Of a stretch of DNA of 64,000 nt, positions 38,661 through 48,969 are shown one piece after another. The position numbers and the translations under genes are program-made. The notes beneath the pieces are model-generated. The model was given only the letters and a program-made list of their open reading frames with translations. It searched no databases and was not told where the DNA came from. Source of the stretch: Piromyces finnis finn (Eukaryota; Fungi; Neocallimastigomycota); NCBI GenBank assembly GCA_002104945.1, contig MCFH01000087.1:1-64000 (forward strand), written 5' to 3'. Position 1 is the stretch's first letter; each line of letters starts with the position of its first letter.

Positions 38661-40655
38661 TTATCTTTCTTTAAACTTTGAAAATAGATGAAATTTTGAT
38701 TTTAATATGTCGAAATAATGTCGTTTTAAAATTGAAGTTACTGATTTGATATAATCTTTTAGATTGAAAATAATTGAATTTGAAATACTTTCTTTTACAC
38801 TTTTTATTATACTGAAATATATATTCTTAAACGAATTATTTGATGAATTTTTGATTATATCATTTTGTTTATTTCGCTTTTTTCTTGATTTTAATTTCCT
38901 GTTAATATTAATATTCAAATGATTATATTTTAGAATTTTACTTTTATTTTTATATATCTTGATTTTGTGGCATTTTTCGTGAATAATTGGCGTTTTTTCT
39001 GCTTCATCACGGCCGACAAGATTTGACTTATTAATTGAAAATTTAATAAGTGAATCGTTTTTAATTCTTTTTGGAAATTTGCTGAAATTTGAATGAAAAA
39101 TGTGATATTTTGGATAAAAATATTTATTTTTAAATTTGAATAAATGTCGAAATTTAATTGAATATAAAAGTTTGTTTTTATTGTTAAAAGTCGAATTAAA
39201 ATTTTGAATTTTGATATTATTATTAAATGAATTAAATTGAGATTCATTAATATTTGATGGATTGAAACAATGAATCATTGAAATATTTGAAAGATTATTT
39301 TTATTTTGTTTAAAATTTGAGGGACGAGCAACCATAATAGGAGATGAATTAGTTTTCATGTAGAGAGAGTCATCATCAGGATCAATGTATAATCGGTGAT
39401 CCTTTTGAGATTGACGACCTAATATAATATCATAACATGAATCTTCATCTTCTAGAATCCAGAATAATGCATAGATTTTTAAATCACCAAATTTAAGAGT
39501 TAAATTAACAGCTTGATTTGTTGAAATAACTTGTTTGCTAGCTAATTTAAAGAAAGTTCTCTTAAAATGTGTAATATTATGATTTGCTGATATTAAATTA
39601 AAGAAGGATTTAGTAATAACATTAACATCAGAACCAGTATCTACTAAAACTCGGACAATGTTATTATCAATTGAGCCAATGACAGAAGCAATGTTGATTT
39701 TATTAATGACATTAATTTCGTTATCTGCTATATTGATAATATCATCATCATTGTCATTATCAGCATCATCATTGTTTTCATTATTTTTATTATTATAATT
39801 TTCATTAATGATATTAATAAATGAATTAATATCATCATCATTAAGATCCAAATTTTGAATGGCGTTTATTTTCCGAACGTCATTTGGATCAAGCTTTAAA
39901 CCTTTGGCACAAAGTCTTCTGATGATAGGACTGACTGCAAGTAATTGTGCAAAAGAGATACCAGCATTTGTATTATTAAGGGCATCAAAAATATTATATT
40001 CTTTATTTTTGCCCAACATGACAATAGAACGTAGGAAGTCATAATAGTTGTTTTTGGGAGACTTTTTGCTATCTATAACTTCTTCTAATTCGTCCTGTTT
40101 ACTTGGTATATCTGGACCAATTCTTCTTTTATTTCTGGTTTCTTTATTTTTCATCTTAGCAGAGGAAATATTCTTGCCTGCAATTACCGAGGGGTCTAAG
40201 ATGTCTAGGCGGGAAGTAGTGGTATGAAAATTTGAATTTTTCTCATTACGAATTTCTTGCTGTTCTTTCATCTGAGTGGCCTTTGTGTGTATTGGTAATG
40301 GATTTTCTCGAAGTTTCTTTTTCTTCGACTGAGTCACGTGATCCTCATCATCACTTTCTTCACTTTCTTCAGAACTTTTTCTCTTGAATGCATAAATAAG
40401 GTTTTCGATGTCCTTATCATCGACTGTATTTGTCACGTGATCACGTTTAACATAATCCTTATCATTTTCATTGATTGGATCATCCACCAAAGGGTCAGAG
40501 AATTTTTCTTTAGAATTTGGAAATTTTTTTGTTTTATGGGAATCACGTGTATCATCAACATAGATTTGCTCATTAATGTTGTTGATGTTGTGGGTTTGGT
40601 TATTATCAATTTTGGAGTTAGAAGGGGAAGATTGAGAACTTCCCCCATTTAATTT
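38661..40655 (-). CDS. -1-frame ORF of F: spacer, aspartic protease and about 215-aa basic C-terminal tail
   Basis: VLVDTGSDVNVI and DIILGR motifs. The frame is open from the slippery site near 40655 (the ORF track starts it at a TTG, 40490). Confidence 0.85.
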   Translation of the reverse strand, partial: KLNGGSSQSSPSNSKIDNNQTHNINNINEQIYVDDTRDSHKTKKFPNSKEKFSDPLVDDPINENDKDYVKRDHVTNTVDDKDIENLIYAFKRKSSEESEESDDEDHVTQSKKKKLRENPLPIHTKATQMKEQQEIRNEKNSNFHTTTSRLDILDPSVIAGKNISSAKMKNKETRNKRRIGPDIPSKQDELEEVIDSKKSPKNNYYDFLRSIVMLGKNKEYNIFDALNNTNAGISFAQLLAVSPIIRRLCAKGLKLDPNDVRKINAIQNLDLNDDDINSFINIINENYNNKNNENNDDADNDNDDDIINIADNEINVINKINIASVIGSIDNNIVRVLVDTGSDVNVITKSFFNLISANHNITHFKRTFFKLASKQVISTNQAVNLTLKFGDLKIYALFWILEDEDSCYDIILGRQSQKDHRLYIDPDDDSLYMKTNSSPIMVARPSNFKQNKNNLSNISMIHCFNPSNINESQFNSFNNNIKIQNFNSTFNNKNKLLYSIKFRHLFKFKNKYFYPKYHIFHSNFSKFPKRIKNDSLIKFSINKSNLVGRDEAEKTPIIHEKCHKIKIYKNKSKILKYNHLNININRKLKSRKKRNKQNDIIKNSSNNSFKNIYFSIIKSVKESISNSIIFNLKDYIKSVTSILKRHYFDILKSKFHLFSKFKER

Positions 40656-40658
40656 AAA
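40623..40658 (-). promoter_or_regulatory. Predicted -1 frameshift signal of F (U UUA AAU + 5 nt + GGGGAAG/CTTCCCC hairpin)
   Basis: Heptamer at 40658-40652 before the gag TAA, with a 7-8-bp GC-rich stem. Confidence 0.8.
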
Positions 40659-41501
40659 TGGTTTTGGGTTTTGAGGAGGGTAGCTATGATTTTGTTCACA
40701 TCGGTCATTTCGTTTGGGCAGAAGCGGGCATCATGTCCTTTCTGGTTACAACGGTGGCAGATATGAATTTTCATCTGGGCAAAGCTTTTGGTCAAAGCAT
40801 CCAGATCTGATTCTTTAGCTTCTTCTTTAGTAGTCTTTTCATTATCAGTACTACTATTATTTTCGTTATTATTATAAGAGGTTTTATCTTCAACTTCTAT
40901 TTTTCTCTTAATAATTATTTTTGTTTTGAGTTCTTTTATTGGGTACATATTCATCATCACTTTCATAAGCAGATAGAAGCTCATCTGCTTTAATAGCAAT
41001 GACCATAGCATCCTTTAAAGTTTTTGGTTGTTTGTTAATAAGAGAATTTAATATAGAAGTTCTCCTATTAAAAGCTTTTGTATAAAGAAAAACAAGTCTT
41101 TCTTCAGAAGGCTTGTCCCTTTCTTTAATTTCTTTCAAAAGGTCGTTAAAAGAACGGTTAAATTCTCTAACAGAGCTTTTGTTTACTTTTATTTTTTCTA
41201 ACTTATTTAGGTTTCTATTAGAGGTTTTATCATCCTCAAATAAGTTAGATATTTTATTGATAAATTCATTATAAGATAGGGATCTATCTTCATAATAAAT
41301 ATCACTACAAAGATCCTTTGAGTTACCGGTAGTAGCAAGCAAAGCAATTCTCTTCTTTTCTTTTTCAGAAAGAGCTAAGTCTTCTAAGATATCTTCAAGT
41401 TCCATTTTCCATCTGAAGAACTTAGTATCTTTCTTGCCAAGAGGGCTTATTTCTTTAGCCATACTAGCGGCTCTTTCAAAATTGTTTTTATTTTCAGTCA
41501 T
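40649..41501 (-). CDS. gag: Gag of F, split by an apparent 1-nt insertion near 40920
   Basis: ORF 40908..41501 plus ORF 40649..41011 with CHRCNQKGHDARFC knuckle. Removing one A from the AACAAAAAT run joins them. Confidence 0.8.
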
Positions 41502-42223
41502 ATTTAGTAAATAAATAAGATAATTATACTAAATATACTAATTAATAGGAATTATTTAAATTTTCGGCTTTCCCACGGGACGACTGAGGTTCTCCACCAC
41601 TTGATAACGGATTGGTAGTTATATTATAACTTTTTAACTACTTCTTCTGTTATCTTATATTGTTTTATCTCGACAGCTATTGTACGAGCTTTAACAATAT
41701 CTACTAGTTTTATTAATTTATTTTAAGTTATTTTATAGTTTTAATAGTTTTATTATTTTAATAATATTTATATAGAATAATAACACCAGATTTATTCTAT
41801 AAAATATTATTTATTATTAACACAATAATTACAAATTAGACAAGTTTAATTTCGTTTTTATATTTTCTTTTATTTATTGTTTTTACGCTCTTTTTAACAA
41901 TAATTTTTATTATATAAAAACTTATTTTTGTCTTTTAAATATTATTATGTATTCACTAATTAATTATATTAACTATTATTAAAATTTAACTTATTATTAA
42001 TAATCTAAGTCTTCTTATTTTCTACTAAAAATTATTATTATTCTTTATATTAAAAATTATTTTTATAATTTAACCCAATCAAATATATAAATTTATAAAA
42101 TATTTGATTTTATGTAAATTATATTTTTATAATAAACTATATAAAATTATTTAATAATTATTTTATAATAAAATTTTCTACTAATATCAAATTTATAATA
42201 TATTTATAATTATTATTTATCAT

Positions 42224-42276
42224 TGTAAGAAATATTTGTGGCCATAAGTTTGCCCACAAATATTTCAATTGAAACC
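42224..42276 (+). repeat. First 53 bp of another family B LTR (B2), cut off by E2
   Basis: Identical to 13790-13842. Confidence 0.9.
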
Positions 42277-43498
42277 TGTCAAGAGTTAGAGTGGATTTAG
42301 AACTATAATTAAGTCTACTAGGTTAGGATAGGCTTAATTATATAGTAAATAATAAATTTTTATAAATAAAAGAGTAATAAATATAGTTTTTTAAGAAATA
42401 TTTTATTTAATTTTTATAATATAAGTAAATGATAATTATTAATTTTAAATATTGAATTTACTATATAAAAATGAGTATAATAATCTCACAAAGAACTTCT
42501 TAAAGTTGTTCTTTGTTCAACTTATTTATACTTTCATTTTTAATATAATGTTGATATTAATAAAGTATAATAATAATATAATTTAAGTTATACATGTATA
42601 ATAATATAAATATAAATATTAATAAAATATAATAATAATAATATAATTTTCTTTAAATATCGATATTAATAAGTTGTTAAAAATAATATTAATAATTATT
42701 TAAATGAATCTTATTTTACTAATTGGTTTGTTTAATATTAATTAATTGTTACACTATTTATCTCCGGATAATAAATAGCTTTCCAATTAATATTTATATT
42801 AAATAAACTATTATTAGTAAAATATTATTAAATTAATATTTTAATTAATTTAACTATTAATTCAAAATTATGAAATTTCATGAAATGTCAAATTTCATGA
42901 ATTGTGATTTTGACAACGCCCTTCCACTAAAATTGGATACTAGACAATTTTTTGATAGTGGAATATCTTATATTGAATTTAAAATATTGAAATTTTAATA
43001 TTTTCAAAATTTTTGAAATTTCGAAATGGTCACATGAGGATGGAGGAATGTAATGAGGTATATCTAATGATAAGGGTTAGACTAGAAAATCATTAAGGTT
43101 AGATTAATGAAAATTTCATAATTATATTTTTATAACCAATCATTAAGTAATTAATTCACTTATCAAATTGTATTAAAAAAAAAAAAAAAAAAAATAATTT
43201 TCATGTATAAAAGAGAGAATAAGAAAGATAAAATAGTTCTTTAGTGTTTTTATTAATAATTAATAAAAATTAGTTTTTTTTTTGTTTCGTCTTTAGTTTG
43301 ATAATACACTGACCTAGCGAGTTAGTCGTATTATAATAATAAATTTAATAAATAAACATTATTAAAAAAAAAATACATATATTTGATACATTAGAGTGTG
43401 TGTGTTTATTATTATAATATTTCGTTACAATAAAAACACTCTAAGAAAAAGATCGCTACCTCAGTGCCTCGTTTATTTGCTTACTTCTAATTTTTTTT

Positions 43499-46400
43499 AT
43501 GGATAACTCTGCTGATTTGAAGAACGGTTTTGATGGCAACCGTCGCTACCTGAAGGGATTCTTAGCCAAAATGGACATGATCTTTATGATCCATCCTGAA
43601 ATAGGAAGGGACGATGGAGAAAAGGTCTTCTACGTCGTTAGTCGCCTCTACGGGGATGCAATGAATTGGGCTGCTACCTTGATTAACAACCATGATCCTT
43701 GCTTACAGGATTATGGCGCCTTTGTTGGAAAGCTGAAGGCTGCTTTTGGTTTTCAGGATATGGTCTATACTGCCAACCAAAAGCTCAAGAAGATCAAACA
43801 ACATGGCCTATCCAATACTCAAGAGTATATCAAGGAATTTAACTACTATGCTGATGAATCCACTTGGAATGAACAAGCCAAGATGGATGCTTTTGTTGAT
43901 GGGTTGGACGATAGAATCGCCACCCATATCCTTCAGATGTTTCCTGGCCCTTCTACCTTGATAAACTTACAAACAATAGCCAGTCGTATAGGAAGTAGAT
44001 TGGCATGCCACCAAGAGGAAATAAACAGAAGATCCAATAGAAGTTTCCGTTCTAAACAAAGCTTCCAATCCCGCTCCTCAGAAAGATCTACAAGTAAATC
44101 CACTCAGCCCAAGAAGGAAAATAATTTTGGCCCCATTTCAAGTGAAGAACGTAGCCGCCGAATGAAAGAGAATCTCTGCTTATATTGTGGTAAACCTGGT
44201 CACCGATTATCTGAATGCCCTATTAGAACCAAAAAGGAAAACCATACTAATAATGCTGGGGTCCATGTTTTGAATGAACAAGAAAAATCCACTCGACTTT
44301 CGGATAACTCCTCTTTACCTCAAACTGTTATCGATGTTGATGTTGTTCTTCCATACAAATCTGTCGGAACTAAAGTTCTCTTAGATAGTGGTTCACAATT
44401 CTGTTTGATAGACCACGCCTTTGTTAAGGCCCATGAGATCCCTATAATTACCAAAGTAAAATGCCCACAAATTATAGGTATCGGAGGTCACCAAAAGATT
44501 ATCGGCCAGACTTGGCCTATAACTGTGGAACACATGAATCACTCATGCCAGTTACAATTTTACGTCGTAGAATTGCCTTCTTACTGTTGTATTCTTGGCT
44601 CTGATTGGCTGGCCCTTCACAATCCGACAATCAATTTTGCTAGTAAGGACGTTTCCTATCATTCTGAATACTGTAAGGAAAATTGCTTAAGGAAAGAATC
44701 TGCTAGCTCTACCACTTCTGAACTCGAAGACCAATCGAAGGACGAAATGTCAGTTGGAAATACACCTGAATACCCTTTCAATGTATTCACTTGTTTAGAA
44801 GAACCTGAAGTTGAGTCACCCCAAATTCCAATTCACTACTCTCAACACTCCAAAGTGTTCGAGGAAAGGCTCGCTGATAAACTCCCTCCTCATCGCCCGT
44901 ACGACTGTGAGATCAACCTGAGACCAAATAGCAACTTGTTTTATGGTCCAATCTACCGACTTACTGAGAAAGAATCAAAGGTATTAGAAGAAACCATTAA
45001 TGAAAATTTAAAAAAGGGGTTTATCCGCAAATCCAAATCGCCAGCTGGTGCTCCCGTTCTGTTTGTCCCGAAGAAGAGTGGAGAACTTCGTATGTGTATC
45101 GACTACCGCCGCTTGAACGAAATCACCATTAGGAACTCGTACCCTCTCCCATTGATCCAAGACATGTTGGATCATCTAGGAAAAGCTAAGGTGTTCTCGA
45201 AGTTAGATCTTCGATCCGCCTATAACTTGGTAAGAATCAAAGAAGGCGATGAATATAAGACCGCCTTCACCTGTCAATTTGGCCATTTCGAATATCTGGT
45301 AATGCCTTTCGGTCTCAAGAACGCTCCTGCAGTCTTCCAACATTTTATTAACGACGTTCTTGAAGGCATTATCGGTAAATTCGTCTTTTCGTATATTGAC
45401 GATATTATCATTTTCTCTGATAATATAGCCGAACATCATGAACACGTCAATGAAGTCCTTCGTAGACTCGAAGAAGCCGGACTGTACGCTAAACTTGAAA
45501 AATGTCTATTCGACTCTCCTTGTCTTGACTTCCTTGGTCATAGAATCTCTGCCTCTGGTATCGGAATGGACCCTAATAAGGTGAAAGCCATTGCGGAATG
45601 GCCGACTCCTAAATCGGTCCATGAACTACAATCTTTCCTAGGCTTAGCCAACTATTATCGTAGATTTATTCCTGGCTTTGCTAAGGTTGCTCACCCACTC
45701 CACCAACTTTGCAAGAAGAACACCGCCTTCGTTTGGAACGATACCGCTCAAGATGCTTTTGATGCTTTGGTTAAGCATTTTATTAGTCAGCCTATCCTTG
45801 CATATCCTGATGTTGACCTACCTTTCGTTGTCGAAACCGATGCAAGTAACTTCGCCATAGGTGCTGTATTGTCTCAAGTCAACAAGTCCGACAATATTCT
45901 TCACCCTGTTGCGTTCTTTTCTAGATCCCTTACAAACCCGGAGAAGAACTACCCTATCTATGATAAAGAACTTTTGGCTATCGTCGCGTCCTTAGAAGTG
46001 TGGAGACATTTTTTGAAAGGTGCGAATCATCCTTTCAAAATTATATCAGACCACAGAAACCTCCTTTTTCAGAAGAAACCGGAGAAGATGACTCAGAGAT
46101 TAATTAGATGGTCCCTTTTCCTTGCTGAATTCGATTTTGTCATTGAATATCGCCCTGGTTCCTCGAACGGGAAAACCGATGCCTTGTCAAGAAGACCTGA
46201 CTATCTTGATCACTCTTGCAATTCCGATTCTAATAACTCTGTCTTTCGTCCCGAAAATTTCAGCTCCTGCTTTGCTTCATCCACTCCTTCTTCTCTTCTT
46301 GAAAAAATTGCTCTCTCTTGTAAACTTGACAAATTCTTCATTGAGACTTCTAATCAACTTCTCAATGATAATTGTTCTTCTGACTACAAACTTAGTAACA

Positions 46401-47693
46401 ACGTCCTCCTTTTCCAAGATAAAATCTATGTTCCTAATGATTGCCGAGTTGAAATTCTGTCTTCTTGTCATGACTCCCCTGCTGCCGGCCATTTTGGTAT
46501 TTCAAAAACTTTATCCTTGATTTCCCGTAACTACTGGTGGCCCAAAATGTATCAGGATGTTAAGGACTATGTCCGTTCTTGTGAGGTCTGCTGTCGTTCG
46601 AAATCCTCTAGACATAAACCTTACGGGTTATTATCCACTCTTCCTTTAGGTGAACGTCCCTGGTCTTCCATTGCTATGGATTTTATCACTGACCTCCCCT
46701 CTTCTCGTGGATTTACCTGTATCTTCGTTGTCATTGATCGATTGACAAAAATGGCTCACTTTATCCCTCTTGAAAAAGTTCCCTCTGCTGAACGTGCTGC
46801 CGAAGCTTTCATTAACAACGTCTTCAAACTTCATGGATGCCCCTCCGACATTGTTCTCGACCAAGGTTCTCAGTTCACTTCAAAGTTTTGGAAGAAATTC
46901 TTTGCTACCCTCAAGATTGATTTGAAATACTCTTCTGCTTATCACCACCAATCCAATGGCCAGACGGAGAGAGTGAACTCCGTTGTAGAACAATATCTAC
47001 GCTGCTTCTCAAATTACAAAGGCACTAACTGGATCGAATACTTAAGCCTAGCTGAATTTAGTTACAATAATTCAGTTCAAGAATCTGCAAAACAAACACC
47101 CTTCTTCTTGAACTATGGTTTCCATCCTAATTTTAATCCAACAATTCCAACAACAAGTGAAGTTCCAAGAGCTGAAGAATACACAAAAGAATTAAAAGAA
47201 ATTATCAGCACCCTCAAGAAAAACCTTTCGGAAGCCCAAAAGAAACAAGAACATTTCGCCAATAGACATAGACAACCAGGCCCGTCATTCAAACCAGGAG
47301 AAAAGGTATGGTTAATCAATAATAATTTAGTTAAGGGAAATAAAAAATTCACCCCTCGGAAACTCGGTCCCTATGAAATTGAACAACAAATATCAGAAGT
47401 CTCATTTAAATTGAAACTCCCTGGTAACATGAAGATTGATCCGGTATTCCATAAATCATCTCTCGAGCCTTACTTCGAAGGGAAAAGTACAAACCGAAAA
47501 GTTCAACCTCCACCACCTGTCATTATAAACGAAGAGGAGGAATACGAAGTAGAAGAAATTCTGGACAAAAGAAGACGCTATAACAAAACTCAGTACTTGA
47601 TCAAATGGAAAGGATATCCTATTTCAGAAGCCTCATGGGAACCCGAAGAAAATCTGAACTGTCCAGCAAAGCTAAGAGAATTCAACAAGACCC

Positions 47694-47698
<5 letters not shown>
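43499..47698 (+). CDS. gag-pol: Gag-Pol of A2 with a canonical chromodomain
   Basis: CCHC knuckle, LLDSGS, YIDD, ETDAS, HHCC, DDE, LGPY and EYEVEEILD...YLIKWKGY...SWEP. Confidence 0.97.
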
Positions 47699-47737
<39 letters not shown>

Positions 47738-47984
47738 AATAATAATAAAATTAACTAATTTTCATTAATTTTTAGACACAAATGAGGGAATATTAATTTT
47801 TAGAATAAACTTAACCGATACCGTTTTGGCGAAGCTCCCATAGGGATTTACTGGACTTACAAGCGTACCAAGAACAAGTACTATCAAACGGCCATATTGG
47901 AACCTTGCCTATGAAACCTCTAGTACTTGTTGGACATACTTTAGTCTTGGCGCCAACCCGCCTTACATCAAAGTTACTCTACCA

Positions 47985-48047
47985 ACCCCGACTTCGAACC
48001 CACAACCTTCTAGTTCATTGCCAACTACTCGACCATTGTACCACACC
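47985..48047 (-). other. Antisense degenerate tRNA-like / Pol III A+B-box module in the A2 3' UTR
   Basis: Minus strand reads GGTGTGGTACAATGGTCGAGTAGTTGGCAATGAACTAGAAGGTTGTGGGTTCGAAGTC: A box TGGTACAATGG, 3/4 D-stem, AGGTT-GTGGG-TTCGAA variable/T region. Confidence 0.6.
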
Positions 48048-48922
48048 TTTTAATTCTCATATGAAGTCAACTGCCTATTTAAAAAAAAAAAAAAAAAAAA
48101 AAATTATTAGCTTATAAATTCGTCTGGAATCCGAATTTAGAGGAGGAGCTTGTAATGAGGTATATCTAATGATAAGGGTTAGACTAGAAAATCATTAAGG
48201 TTAGATTAATGAAAATTTCATAATTATATTTTTATAACCAATCATTAAGTAATTAATTCACTTATCAAATTGTATTAAAAAAAAAAAAAAAAAAAAAATA
48301 ATTTTCATGTATAAAAGAGAGAATAAGAAAGATAAAATAGTTCTTTAGTGTTTTTATTAATAATTAATAAAAATTAGTTTTTTTTTTGTTTCGTCTTTAG
48401 TTTGATAATACACTGACCTAGCGAGTTAGTCGTATTATAATAATAAATTTAATAAATAAACATTATTAAAAAAAAAATACATATATTTGATACATTAGAG
48501 TGTGTGTGTTTATTATTATAATATTTCGTTACAAGGAATGAATTTTAAATGGCCATTTCGCGAAATTTCAAAAGTTGTCAAAAATTGGTAAAAATGAAAT
48601 TTTGTTATGAAATACATATATGTATTGTATAAAAAATGTGTTTTTGAAATTTTTTATGTTGTACAACTGTCATAATTGAAATTTTGAATTTTTTGAAATT
48701 TTAAATTTTGATTTTAAAGGGTTTTTTATGTTTTTTGAAAATTTTAAAATTTAATATTAAAAATATTAATAATAATAAGCTGAAAAATAAAATTTATAGT
48801 TGGAAAATAATGAATATAAAAATTTTTGAAATTTCAATTTTTAAATCTGTGATGGGTTAAATTGAAGTAATTTTGTATTATAATAGTTTTCTCATTTTTT
48901 TTCATTCTCTCTCTCTTTCTCT

Positions 48923-48963
<41 letters not shown>

Positions 48964-48969
<6 letters not shown>

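Larger units (their letters stand above)
37695..42222 (-). mobile_element. Family F non-autonomous LTR element encoding only Gag and protease
   Basis: Near-identical 621-bp LTRs (37695-38315, 41602-42222), TSD TTGT, tRNA-Ala PBS (41599-41590) and PPT AGGGGAGGAA. No RT, RNase H or integrase motifs seen. Confidence 0.9.
43049..48533 (+). mobile_element. Family A full-length chromovirus A2, apparently intact
   Basis: LTRs 43049-43429 and 48151-48533 (differing in A-run length), 5-bp TSD AGGAA, PPT AGAGGAGGAGCT and an intact ORF. Confidence 0.97.

Noticed and set aside
47905-48117. 70-aa ORF downstream of A2 pol as a possible extra or env-like gene
   Set aside because: Short, no TM or signal features, and it runs into an A-tract. 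The antisense tRNA-like reading explains the GC island at least as well.
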